Of a DNA stretch of 64,000 nucleotides, positions 21,141 to 31,118 are shown piece after piece. The notes beneath the pieces are model-generated. The model was not told the origin of the DNA. It was given only the letters and a program-made list of their open reading frames with translations, and searched no databases. Numbering within the stretch: the stretch's first letter is position 1; each line of letters starts with the position of its first letter. The translations under genes and the position numbers were made by a program. The stretch is taken from positions 690,816-754,815 of the forward strand of contig CBDCFW010000005.1 of assembly GCA_965216465.1 (NCBI GenBank), read 5' to 3'. Source of the stretch: Bacteroidia bacterium (GTDB taxonomy: Bacteria; Bacteroidota; Bacteroidia; NS11-12g; UBA9320).

Positions 21141-23075
21141 ATGCCCATTGCTAGGATAGCCACACTATTTCTGTTCATTATCAGCGGATTACACGCTGTT
21201 TTTGCACAAGAAAATCCACAGGAAATAATCAATCGAGGTGTTGAAGACACGCTTACGGTTCAAGCCTATGTACAACTTAGTGTAAAGTCATTAAGTAAAA
21301 GCTACGACTCATCGTTGTTTTATGCTCAAAAAGGAAAAGAAATTGCACAACGCATAGACGACCAAAAAGGATATCGTGCCAGCCTAATGCGTATGGGAAA
21401 TGCCTACATGTTTAAAGCGGAATACGACAGTGCTCATAATACCTATATGGAAGTTTTAGCCCTGAACGAATCAATGGGCGATTTTCTTGAAATGGGTAAG
21501 GTATATAATAACCTAGGGTTAATGTATCGCTATAAAGCCGACTATCCTACATCGCTAGAATACTTCATAAAATCACTTGAGTTTAAACGGAAGTATGGAA
21601 CAGACATTGACGTTGGAGTTGGCTACCAAAATATTGGAATTGTGTTTGCCATTCAACGTGAATATGAAACGGCTGAAAAATACTTGCTTGACGGCCTTGA
21701 ATTGTTTCGAAAAGGTGGAGATTCAACAAAGTACCACTCTGCATTGATAGATGTAAGCTCGATGATGCGTGAACAGGGTAAAATGGAGGAAGCCATCCAA
21801 GCTCTTAAAGAAGCATACGAATACAATCGCCGAAGAGAAAACACTACACAAATGGGCATTTGCATCTATAACATGGCTTTTACCAGCTACTTAGATGATG
21901 ACTATACTGCTGCAATCAACTACTACCTTCAAGCAAAAGATATTTTTGTGCAGTTAGGTAATAGAGTTCGAATAACCGGTTGCAACATAAGGTTGACGAT
22001 TTGTTATAAGGAGACCGGACAACTCAAAAAAGCAGAACGAGTAGCACGAGAAGGCCTCGAGATTTTCAGTGAATTAAACTCTCCTGTTCAGCAATACACA
22101 TTACAAGAAAGTCTTGCTGATGTACTAGCAGCTCAGGGAAAATATAAAGAAGCTTATTCGTATCGCGTGAAGCACGATCATCTCAAAGACAGTATTACAA
22201 GCGAAGAGCATCAAATTAAAATCGCTGAGATGCAAGCGAAACATGAAAATGAGGTTGACAAAAGAAAAATTGCAGAGTTAACTGCTGAGAACAAACAGAA
22301 TCAGCTTCAAGCTCGTAAAAAAGAAGTTCAAACCTATATTCTTTACGGAGCCGTTTTGCTTATATTAATTTTAGCCATAATGTTCTACTTCTTGGCTGTA
22401 AATAAGAAGAAGGCTAATGATGCACTCCGAGAGAAAAACAAGGTAATTGAACATTCGTTAGACGAAAAAGAAGTCTTGCTTCGTGAGATTTATCATCGTG
22501 TGCAAAACAACTTACAGTTCGTTTCTAGCTTGCTGAATCTGCAAAGTAGAAGAGTCGAAGACGAAGGAACCAAAAACGTGCTCAAAGAGTGTAAACTTCG
22601 GGTCCAATCAATGGCTTTAATTCATCAACGTTTGTACAAAGAAGAAAGTTTAAAAGGCATAAGCTTTGAAAACTACATCAAGAATTTGGTTCAATCACTT
22701 CAAGAGTCCTATCAAATTGAAGAAGGTCGTATAGCCACCGTGTTTGAAATAGACGACATCTTAATGGATATCGACACAGCCATCCCTATGGGGCTGATAC
22801 TGAATGAATTGATTACGAATGCCTACAAATATGCCTTCCCCGATTTTTCAAAAGGAGAGCTTCAAATTCGTTTAAAACAAGAAGATGGTCTAACTTTGAG
22901 TGTAGCTGATAATGGCATTGGCTTGCGAGAAGATTTCGACATCAATAAAAGCAACTCGTTTGGGTTAAAGTTGGTGCGATCACTTGCCAAAAAGCTAAAC
23001 GCTGATGTACAATTTTCTAGCGAAGGGGGAACACAAGTTAAACTTATTATTAAAGAAAATAATCTGGCTCAATGA
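21141..23075 (+). CDS. TPR-sensor histidine kinase (HisKA_2 type)
   Basis: TPR repeats, TM, EIYHRVQNNLQ, NELITNAYK, DNGIG. Confidence 0.9.
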   Translation: MPIARIATLFLFIISGLHAVFAQENPQEIINRGVEDTLTVQAYVQLSVKSLSKSYDSSLFYAQKGKEIAQRIDDQKGYRASLMRMGNAYMFKAEYDSAHNTYMEVLALNESMGDFLEMGKVYNNLGLMYRYKADYPTSLEYFIKSLEFKRKYGTDIDVGVGYQNIGIVFAIQREYETAEKYLLDGLELFRKGGDSTKYHSALIDVSSMMREQGKMEEAIQALKEAYEYNRRRENTTQMGICIYNMAFTSYLDDDYTAAINYYLQAKDIFVQLGNRVRITGCNIRLTICYKETGQLKKAERVAREGLEIFSELNSPVQQYTLQESLADVLAAQGKYKEAYSYRVKHDHLKDSITSEEHQIKIAEMQAKHENEVDKRKIAELTAENKQNQLQARKKEVQTYILYGAVLLILILAIMFYFLAVNKKKANDALREKNKVIEHSLDEKEVLLREIYHRVQNNLQFVSSLLNLQSRRVEDEGTKNVLKECKLRVQSMALIHQRLYKEESLKGISFENYIKNLVQSLQESYQIEEGRIATVFEIDDILMDIDTAIPMGLILNELITNAYKYAFPDFSKGELQIRLKQEDGLTLSVADNGIGLREDFDINKSNSFGLKLVRSLAKKLNADVQFSSEGGTQVKLIIKENNLAQ

Positions 23076-23794
23076 AAAGCGATATTAAGATACTAATTGT
23101 CGAGGATGATCCAATCATTGCAGAGGATCTGCAAGCATATATGGATGACTTTGGGTACATCGGCTTAGAGCCAGCGAGCAGTGCAGACGAGGCATTAAAG
23201 CGAATCAAGCAAGAACAACCCGACTTGTGTTTGCTCGATGTACATCTAGCGGGCGAAATAAACGGCATTCAACTGGCCAAATTAATTCAAGCCGAATGGA
23301 ATATTCCGTTCATCTTTTTAACGGCATTCAATGATCGATCAACCATAGATCAAATTAAGCAAATTGGACCCGCTGCCTACTTGGTTAAACCGGTTGAAGA
23401 ACGCAATCTGCAAACAGCAATTGAGCTTGCTTTGGCCAAAAGAGAAGAGCAAGCTGAAGTAGCGGAAGAACTACATCATGCCCAGGATGCAATTTTCATT
23501 AAAATTAAAGATCAGCTGGTAAAATTTGAATTCTCAGATATCCTTTACTTTGAGGCTTATGACAACTATGCATTTCTTCACACCTCAAAGAAAAAGCATA
23601 TTCTCAGCTCGTCATTAAAGCAATTAGAAGACAAACTTCCCAATCGCTTATTCTTACGTTCACACCGCTCATACATCATTAATCTGAGTAAGGTAACACG
23701 CATTTTTACCAACTACCTGACCATAGGCACTGTTGAAATCCCAATAGGCAAAAAGTACAGATCAATCCTATTAGAGCACATCGATACCCTCTAA
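23072..23794 (+). CDS. LytTR-family response regulator
   Basis: REC domain + FLRSHRSYIINL LytTR motif; ATGA overlap. Confidence 0.92.
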   Translation: MKSDIKILIVEDDPIIAEDLQAYMDDFGYIGLEPASSADEALKRIKQEQPDLCLLDVHLAGEINGIQLAKLIQAEWNIPFIFLTAFNDRSTIDQIKQIGPAAYLVKPVEERNLQTAIELALAKREEQAEVAEELHHAQDAIFIKIKDQLVKFEFSDILYFEAYDNYAFLHTSKKKHILSSSLKQLEDKLPNRLFLRSHRSYIINLSKVTRIFTNYLTIGTVEIPIGKKYRSILLEHIDTL

Positions 23795-23816
23795 ATTGTT
23801 CGCACGATTTATTATT

Positions 23817-23886
23817 TCATTCACTTAGATTTTTAGTCAGTTGACCAAAATTCGCTAGTTACTCTCTTAGTAAGGGCTAAGCTTTG
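23817..23886 (+). promoter_or_regulatory. Putative LytTR operator + -7 box
   Basis: TCATTCACTTAGATTTTTAGTCAGTTGACCAAAA then TAAGCTTTG. Confidence 0.6.
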
Positions 23887-23931
23887 TTGTATAAAACAAA
23901 ACCTCGAATACAACAATTATCCTAACCATAT

Positions 23932-23960
23932 TAACCCCCTAACCCCCTAACCCCCTAACC
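23932..23960 (+). repeat. Tandem TAACCCCC x3.6 in a C-rich leader
   Basis: Copies start at 23932, 23940, 23948, 23956. Confidence 0.85.
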
Positions 23961-23989
23961 TCCACCCACTAACCCCACCATTGACCCCC

Positions 23990-24253
23990 ATGAGAGTAGC
24001 ATCATTGAGAATAACGCCGAATCCAGCTCCAAAAGGTAGTGAGGTAACTGTAAGCTTATTTAATGAGTTTCAGGAAGAACTCTTACTTGAGCTTTGCGAT
24101 TACAGAGGATCTGTAGTCAATGCCTTGGGTTCGTCAAACGATCGAGTTGTGATCAAACATCTTGAAACCCGAGGTATAAAACCTGGAACCTATATACTCC
24201 GAATTAGCGGAAAGCGAATTCGAATAAATCACAAATTTCAAATCAACTTTTAA
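23990..24253 (+). CDS. Stand-alone T9SS CTD-like protein
   Basis: ITPNPA...GTYILRI...KFQI fills the whole 87-aa ORF; no signal peptide. Confidence 0.65.
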   Translation: MRVASLRITPNPAPKGSEVTVSLFNEFQEELLLELCDYRGSVVNALGSSNDRVVIKHLETRGIKPGTYILRISGKRIRINHKFQINF

Positions 24254-24265
24254 ATCTTATAAAAA

Positions 24266-25435
24266 ATGAAACACTTAAAAACATTAAGTATGGCACTCGC
24301 TATTTTTCTACTTGTATTTACGCAGAGTGCGTGTCAGGATGGCCTTTCTGAACTGGGAGTAAATCAAGATCTTCCCACTTTTGATATGGATGCATTCGAG
24401 CAAAACATTCAAGACTATGTAAATTTCGGTGGCGACCAACCTGTTGGGTGGGCATATGTAATCAGCAAAGATGGACTCTTATCTCGATGGGGATCATTTG
24501 GTGACGCAAGAACAGCTGCAGATAATCAAGTAGATTTTACTTTAAACAAGGAAATCAATATTGCGAGTATTTCAAAGTTTTATACTGCAATTGGTGCACT
24601 TCAACTTATTGAAGCTAATGGATTAACGATCAACAGTAAAATTGGACCATGGTTGCCAAACTCGTGGTCTCAAGGGCCAGGAGTGAGCAATTTAAGTTTT
24701 AAGGATTTGCTTAAACACGAATCAGGATTAAATTCAATCAACACCCGTTTTGATTCTACACTTGGATACACCGGGCTTAGATCGTGTATAGCTGGTGGTG
24801 TTGTGAACCCAAAAACACGCACTTATCTCAATGTAAACTTCGCTTTATTTCGAGTATTGATTCCATCGCTGTGGGCAGAAGCTGGAGGACCAAACACTAT
24901 CGACATAGAAAATGATCAAAACACACAAATTGCCTATCTGTGGTATATGCAACAGCATGTATTTGGACCCATTGGACTAACTTATGTTAATTGTTCTCCT
25001 GAAGACCGAAACACTGCGACCTTGTATTACAACGTGAGTGACCCACAGAACAACACAAACGGCACTTTCTACAACCACTGGTCAAACAAAAGTGGTGGTG
25101 GAGGATATTTTATGACACCATTAGAAATTGCGGCTGTAAATGCTTATTTCAACAATACCAATGTTTTGCTATCAGATGAAATGACTGACTTGATGAAAGA
25201 GCATCGTATGGGAATGGATGTTGCCTCTGGAATGGAAGAACATGGTGAATACTATGGTAAAGGAGGTTCTATTTCAAACACTCCAGGACAAGGCATCTTA
25301 GGTCAAATTGCGGTCTTTCCAATTAACGGAGTTGAATGCACGGTAATCATGAATACGCAAGGAGTGAATTTGGATGCTCCGAACAATTCGCTATCAGCAC
25401 TCATTTACAAAGCTTATAATAACGCATGGGACTAG
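24266..25435 (+). CDS. Serine hydrolase (beta-lactamase-like) lipoprotein
   Basis: Lipobox QSAC, SISK (SxxK), LLKHESG, YLN (YxN), KGG. Confidence 0.85.
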   Translation: MKHLKTLSMALAIFLLVFTQSACQDGLSELGVNQDLPTFDMDAFEQNIQDYVNFGGDQPVGWAYVISKDGLLSRWGSFGDARTAADNQVDFTLNKEINIASISKFYTAIGALQLIEANGLTINSKIGPWLPNSWSQGPGVSNLSFKDLLKHESGLNSINTRFDSTLGYTGLRSCIAGGVVNPKTRTYLNVNFALFRVLIPSLWAEAGGPNTIDIENDQNTQIAYLWYMQQHVFGPIGLTYVNCSPEDRNTATLYYNVSDPQNNTNGTFYNHWSNKSGGGGYFMTPLEIAAVNAYFNNTNVLLSDEMTDLMKEHRMGMDVASGMEEHGEYYGKGGSISNTPGQGILGQIAVFPINGVECTVIMNTQGVNLDAPNNSLSALIYKAYNNAWD

Positions 25436-25482
25436 CCACTTCGCAACTAACCTTAATAACCATTACTAGCCCCTAACCCCTC

Positions 25483-25510
25483 AAAGGCCCGAACTAATCG
25501 GGTCTTTTTT
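25483..25510 (+). terminator. Rho-independent terminator
   Basis: AAAGGCCCGA...TCGGGTCTTTTTT. Confidence 0.8.
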
Positions 25511-25659
25511 ATTATGGCTTTTTTTAGAATTTGTCAAAAACATTCACCCTCAAAAATTAGCTATTCCCGTAGTTCTGCCTCCCCTTCGCCATATACTTCT
25601 AGTAACTTCTACTAAGGCTCCCAATATTTGTTTCCAACAATAACTTAACCGAATAAGTC

Positions 25660-27114
25660 ATGTCGATCAAGAAAATAACCGCCGTCTATCTTTTCTGTAT
25701 GGGAATACTCTTTCCTTTTACGACTACAGCCCAAGATACCATGCAAATTCACCTAAACTCTGGATTTCATGCACATGAAAATGCCAAGATTGGATTGTTT
25801 GGAAGCTTGATCAATGATGACCACTTGACATCTACAAATCAGCAAATTGAAGGACAGCTTTATTTGGTTTCAAACAGTAATCAACTATTAGGTGGAGATT
25901 CTTCAATTCTCGTTGACACTTTAGTTGTTAAAAATTCGAACGGCGTTGAAGTGCAGCTTGAATTAATGGTGGCTTCAGAAGTTCAGTTTGAGGCTGGTAA
26001 TTTGGAAACGAATCGAGTGGATAGCAGCACTGAGTTTGTACATTTCTTAGATAACGCCAGTTATTCAGGTGAATCAGACAACAAACATGTGAACGGAACG
26101 GTTCGAAAAACGGGTGATGATGCGTTCATATTCCCTATTGGAAATGGAAACTACATTCAACCTATCGCAATATCATCTCCAGCTCAACAAAACGACCACT
26201 TCACCGCATTCTATCGTCAGGAAAATGCAAGCTCGATAGGATATTCAACCAGTTCAATTGACTCCAATTGCGGCGGATCTCCTGTAGTGGTAGATGTAAG
26301 CGAAAATGAGTACTGGAATCTTGAACGTACCGGAGGAAACTCAAATGTTGAAGTAACATTATATTATGACAACCATAGCAGCGTAAACACACCTTCTGAA
26401 TTGGTGGTGATGAGTTGGAACGGAAGCGAATGGCAATCTCATGGAAATGGAGGCACAACTGGCACCAATTTAGATGGGACTGTAATATCGGGAACAGGAT
26501 GTGGGACATCAGGTACTGCATCAACGGTCAGCATTTTTGGTCCATTTACTTTAGGTGGAACCTCTGCCACAGCAGTCCCTGTTGAACTTATTCTTTTTGA
26601 AGTTGCCAAATACAACAATACAAAGTCGCTGCTAACATGGGCCACTGCTTCAGAAATAGAAAACAGCCACTTTGTGATTGAGCAAAGCCATGATGGAATA
26701 CAATTTAGTGAACTGGGCATCGTACAAGGTGCCGGTTACTCGAATCAAATCATCAATTACAGTTTCATAGACCATCAGCCTGAAGAAGGAATTAACTACT
26801 ATAGACTGAAACAAGTGGACTTCAGTGGTGCGTATGAATACACCGAAATTAGAAGTTTGCTTTTCGAAAACGGAAGCGGTTTGGTAACAGCTTACCCCAA
26901 CCCTGCTCGTGAACATGTAACCGTTGATGTTTCTACAATTTCTCAAAGAGGAGAGGCTCTACAGCTTGAGGTGTATAACCAACTGGGAGCCCTGATTTCA
27001 TCAACCAATGTTCCAGAGTCTGCGAACAAATTCAACTTGGATTTAACCGGCTGGAATTCTGGCATATATCACATAAGAATTAACAACCAAACCATTAAAA
27101 TTATAAAGAATTAA
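25660..27114 (+). CDS. T9SS-secreted protein (PVEL Ig-like domain + CTD)
   Basis: PVELILF, WATASE, YYRLKQVDF, YPNP. Confidence 0.85.
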   Translation: MSIKKITAVYLFCMGILFPFTTTAQDTMQIHLNSGFHAHENAKIGLFGSLINDDHLTSTNQQIEGQLYLVSNSNQLLGGDSSILVDTLVVKNSNGVEVQLELMVASEVQFEAGNLETNRVDSSTEFVHFLDNASYSGESDNKHVNGTVRKTGDDAFIFPIGNGNYIQPIAISSPAQQNDHFTAFYRQENASSIGYSTSSIDSNCGGSPVVVDVSENEYWNLERTGGNSNVEVTLYYDNHSSVNTPSELVVMSWNGSEWQSHGNGGTTGTNLDGTVISGTGCGTSGTASTVSIFGPFTLGGTSATAVPVELILFEVAKYNNTKSLLTWATASEIENSHFVIEQSHDGIQFSELGIVQGAGYSNQIINYSFIDHQPEEGINYYRLKQVDFSGAYEYTEIRSLLFENGSGLVTAYPNPAREHVTVDVSTISQRGEALQLEVYNQLGALISSTNVPESANKFNLDLTGWNSGIYHIRINNQTIKIIKN

Positions 27115-27142
27115 ATCATACCAAATCAATAAAAACATCATC

Positions 27143-30070
27143 ATGAAAAAGTTAATATTTACAATGATTATTAGTTTCACGCTTGCATTTGGAAGCACAA
27201 ACTCAGCATTTGCCCAAGTAAAAATTGGAGCAAATCCCGACACCATTCACAGCAATATAATTCTCGAGTTAGAGAGTACAAGCAAGGGTGTATTGCTTCC
27301 TCGAATGACAAGTTCAGAAGCATTGGCAATCACCAATCCACCTGATGGAATGTTATTGTACAGCACAACTGACAGTGGATTCTACTATTACCACAACAAC
27401 AATTGGTATGGGTTTATTCAAAAATTACGACTCGACTCCGACACCTTATCTATAAGTGACAAAGAAGGATACATCATATTACCTGATGCCGATAGCACAA
27501 ACGAGTTGCAAACATTATCCATTGATAACGACACAATCTTCTTATCTTCAGGAGGTTATGTTGAATTATTAGATAATGATGCGACAAATGAAATTCAGAC
27601 CATCAGTCTGCAAAACGACACGATTTTTCTATCTGATGGAGGAAGAATTGCACTGCTTGACAACGATAGTACTAACGAGATTCAGACCATTAGCTTAGTG
27701 AATGACAGCATCTTTTTAACCGATGGAGGAGCCATTTCGCTAACTGATTTTGCTAAGGAAATCAATGATCTACTTGATGCTATTTCAGATAACACGAACA
27801 TCTTTTTAGGAGATAGTTCTGGGACCAACAATACAGGAAGCCACAATACCGCCACTGGACTTTATGCCCTATATAGTAATACCGGCGGAAACAGTAACAC
27901 GGCCGTTGGATATGAAGCTTCACGTGCAAATACGATCGGAATAATGAACACCGTGACTGGATTTCAAGCGATGTACAAAAACTTCTCTGGGAACAACAAT
28001 ACAGCTACTGGAAGTCAAGCTATGTACGAAAACACTACGGGATCAGAAAACACTTCAGTAGGTTACCAGTCGATGTACAACAACACTATCGGAACTCAGA
28101 ATAGTGCCGTTGGTACCTATGCACTTTACAGCAATACAGATGGTGCAAAAAATACAGCGGTGGGATACTCATCAATGGGATATAATACCACTGCCGACAA
28201 CAATACTGCTCTTGGACATAAATCGTTAGGATCTAATACGATTGGAAGCAACAACAGTGCCGTTGGAACCGATGCCTTGAACAAGAATACACAAGGGGGA
28301 AACAACTCTGCATTTGGTGCAGATGCCATGTTTAGTAATCTTATTGGACTTGATAATGTAGCACTTGGTAATTCTGCCCTGTACAGCAATGAGTATGGCT
28401 CAAATAACGTAGCAGTTGGTAGCGAAGCTATTTACAATGGATCAGCGGCGAGTAGAAATACTGCAGTTGGCCATAACTCGATGCGAGCAATCACTACGGG
28501 AGGTTATAACACAGCTCAAGGATATCGCTCGTTATACTCAAATACTACAGGTCACCGAAATGTGGCAAGTGGCTACGAAAGCGTGTATAGCAATACAACA
28601 GGTCAACATAACACAGGATCAGGCTACAGAGCGCTTTATTCAAACGTTGATGGCGATTCAAATACAGCAGTTGGTACTCGATCTCTATATACCAACTCGT
28701 CAGGTACGGGAAATACCGCTGTTGGTGCCAATGCCTTACAGACGAACAACGAAAGCTACAACTCTGCTTTTGGTTATAACGCGCTGAAATCTAATACAAT
28801 TGGTGAAGGAAACACCGCGGTTGGCGCACACACACTTCAAACCATCACTTATGCTGATTATCTAACAGCAGTTGGATATGGAGCATTGAAAGAAAACACT
28901 ACAGGATATCGAAATGTGGCAATAGGTTACGAAGCAATGACTTCTAATACCACTGGAAATTCGAATGCTGTAGTTGGTTTTAAAGCCTTAACCTCAGCCA
29001 CAGGATCTGAAGGGAATGCTGTTCTTGGAGGATATGCTATGTATTCAAACGTATCGGGGTCTTACAATACTTCTGTAGGAATGAGTAGTTTATATACCAA
29101 TTACAACGGCTGGAATAATACAGCAATTGGATGCCAAGCCATGTATTACAACTTTGGAGGAGACAATAATGTTGCGATGGGATACCAAACTCTGATGTCG
29201 AACACGGGCGACTACAATACTGCAGTGGGTGTACACGCCCTTAGAAATAGTGGTAACAAAGAATTCAACTCTGCGTTTGGTTATGATGCACTTAAAGGAA
29301 ACGATGGTGATGGTAATACCGCCATGGGATATAAAGCACTTGAAGACAATGAAGGTGATCATAACACCAGTATTGGTATATATTCGATGCAAGCAAACAC
29401 CACAGGTAAGTTTACAGTTGCAGTGGGTTATAAAGCTGGCGACGAAAGCACAAACAACCGCTACTCGGCTTATTTAGGAGCTGCTGCTGATAATTCCACT
29501 GCTTCTAGCTACCAGCACGTGGTTGCTGTAGGTTATGGAACAAAAACAACAGCCAGTTATCAGGTTCGTATTGGTAATAGTCAGATCACCTCGATTGGTG
29601 GACAAGTAGGATGGACAACATTAAGTGATGGTCGATTCAAAGAAGGTATCGAAGAAGATGTTGTTGGAACCGATTTCATCATGAAGTTAAAGCCGATTAC
29701 TTATTATGTAAATACCGATAAGGTAGATGAGTATTTGAATACAGAAACTCCAGAAAAAAGATCCTACAAAGTTCGTCAGTCTGGTTTTATCGCGCAAGAC
29801 GTTGAAGCTGCGGCAAAAGCCAGCGGATATGACTTCAGCGGTGTTGATACCCCGCAAAATGAAAACGACTATTACGGTTTGAGATACTCAGAATTTGTAG
29901 TGCCGTTGGTAAAAACGGTGCAAGAGCAACAAGCTTTAATCGAACAACTTAATTCATCAAAGCAAAATCAAGAACTTGTAATTCAAGAAATGCAATCTCA
30001 ACTCGATGGGCTAAAAAAGGCTCAAGAAGAGATGCACGAAGCTATGCTACTCCTAAAAGAGTCGCTTTAA
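27143..30070 (+). CDS. Fibre/adhesin with NTAVG beta-helix repeats and C-terminal S74 intramolecular chaperone
   Basis: QVKIG, DxTNEIQT repeats, many NTAxGxxAL repeats, SDGRFK...GFIAQDV...YSEFVVPLVK + coiled coil. Confidence 0.85.
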   Translation: MKKLIFTMIISFTLAFGSTNSAFAQVKIGANPDTIHSNIILELESTSKGVLLPRMTSSEALAITNPPDGMLLYSTTDSGFYYYHNNNWYGFIQKLRLDSDTLSISDKEGYIILPDADSTNELQTLSIDNDTIFLSSGGYVELLDNDATNEIQTISLQNDTIFLSDGGRIALLDNDSTNEIQTISLVNDSIFLTDGGAISLTDFAKEINDLLDAISDNTNIFLGDSSGTNNTGSHNTATGLYALYSNTGGNSNTAVGYEASRANTIGIMNTVTGFQAMYKNFSGNNNTATGSQAMYENTTGSENTSVGYQSMYNNTIGTQNSAVGTYALYSNTDGAKNTAVGYSSMGYNTTADNNTALGHKSLGSNTIGSNNSAVGTDALNKNTQGGNNSAFGADAMFSNLIGLDNVALGNSALYSNEYGSNNVAVGSEAIYNGSAASRNTAVGHNSMRAITTGGYNTAQGYRSLYSNTTGHRNVASGYESVYSNTTGQHNTGSGYRALYSNVDGDSNTAVGTRSLYTNSSGTGNTAVGANALQTNNESYNSAFGYNALKSNTIGEGNTAVGAHTLQTITYADYLTAVGYGALKENTTGYRNVAIGYEAMTSNTTGNSNAVVGFKALTSATGSEGNAVLGGYAMYSNVSGSYNTSVGMSSLYTNYNGWNNTAIGCQAMYYNFGGDNNVAMGYQTLMSNTGDYNTAVGVHALRNSGNKEFNSAFGYDALKGNDGDGNTAMGYKALEDNEGDHNTSIGIYSMQANTTGKFTVAVGYKAGDESTNNRYSAYLGAAADNSTASSYQHVVAVGYGTKTTASYQVRIGNSQITSIGGQVGWTTLSDGRFKEGIEEDVVGTDFIMKLKPITYYVNTDKVDEYLNTETPEKRSYKVRQSGFIAQDVEAAAKASGYDFSGVDTPQNENDYYGLRYSEFVVPLVKTVQEQQALIEQLNSSKQNQELVIQEMQSQLDGLKKAQEEMHEAMLLLKESL

Positions 30071-30085
30071 TAGCAATGGACATAC

Positions 30086-30111
30086 AAAAATCCCGCTAAC
30101 TGCGGGATTTT
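30086..30111 (+). terminator. Rho-independent terminator
   Basis: AAAATCCCGC...GCGGGATTTT. Confidence 0.8.
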
Positions 30112-30209
30112 CTTTGTTTTATTCTGGTGGAGATTTGTCGCTTATCCCATCCAAAAGCACAACACTTTGACATTTAATTTGTTAAAAAAATACGCTAAAT
30201 TGTGACTTG

Positions 30210-31118
30210 ATGGATCGCAAGCGATTTATAAAATCAACCTTAACGTTAGGACTTATGGCTTTTACCAATCCACTTAAAGCACTCTCAGATAGACTCAATG
30301 AGCAAGAAGAAATCATGCCTGCATTTTTTATTGGTCATGGAAGTCCAACTAATGCTCTGGAAGATAATGAGTTTACTCAAAGCTGGCGATCCTTAGGAAA
30401 GCAGCTACCAATCCCTAAAGCGGTATTGTGTATTTCAGCTCATTGGTTAACACGAGGCACACATGTTACGGCCATGGAATCTCCTAAAACTATCCATGAC
30501 TTTGGAGGATTTGGACCCGACTTATTTGCCGCCCAATATCCAGCTCCTGGAAGTCCAAAATTCGCAAAAGAGACACAAGAAATAATTACTTCAACTGAGA
30601 TTGGATTAGATCACGACTGGGGACTCGACCATGGAACATGGAGTATCTTAAAGCAGATGTATCCTGAAGCGAACATTCCAGTATATCAGCTAAGCATTGA
30701 TTATCATCAAAGTCCACAATATCACTACAACCTCAGTAAAGAGTTGGTTAAACTTCGTAACAAAGGCGTGCTGATTATAGGAAGTGGAAACATGGTACAC
30801 AACCTGAGATTGGTTGATCCATCAAAAGGTTTTGCACCCGACAAAGAAGGTAAAATTCCAGAGTATGGATTTGATTGGGCGGAAGAGTTCAACACCATCC
30901 TCAAAACAAATATTCAAGCTAGAGATTATCAAGCTGCAGTTGACTACAGCAATTTAGGAAGTATTGCGAAGCTTGCACATCCAACACCAGACCACTATTA
31001 CCCTTTACTTTACTCCCTAGGTGTGGCACTGCCCGATGAACCCATTTCATTTTTTAACGACAAATGCATGGCAGGGTCATTAAGTATGACTTCAATTCAA
31101 TTTGGAGGAAAAGCTTAG
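30210..31118 (+). CDS. ygiD: 4,5-DOPA extradiol dioxygenase (LigB family)
   Basis: FIGHGSP, ISAHW, GLDHGTW, GSGNMVHNL, AHPTPDHYYPL. Confidence 0.92.
   Translation: MDRKRFIKSTLTLGLMAFTNPLKALSDRLNEQEEIMPAFFIGHGSPTNALEDNEFTQSWRSLGKQLPIPKAVLCISAHWLTRGTHVTAMESPKTIHDFGGFGPDLFAAQYPAPGSPKFAKETQEIITSTEIGLDHDWGLDHGTWSILKQMYPEANIPVYQLSIDYHQSPQYHYNLSKELVKLRNKGVLIIGSGNMVHNLRLVDPSKGFAPDKEGKIPEYGFDWAEEFNTILKTNIQARDYQAAVDYSNLGSIAKLAHPTPDHYYPLLYSLGVALPDEPISFFNDKCMAGSLSMTSIQFGGKA

Noticed and set aside
22480-22515. Possible inactive kinase (EIYHRVQNN instead of EIHHRVKNN)
   Set aside because: The phospho-accepting His before Arg is retained.
23932-23960. Telomere-derived or eukaryotic contamination
   Set aside because: Only ~30 bp, embedded seamlessly between bacterial genes.
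27143-30070. Prophage tail gene
   Set aside because: Has a Sec signal peptide and no neighbouring phage genes; such fibres are common chromosomal genes in this phylum.
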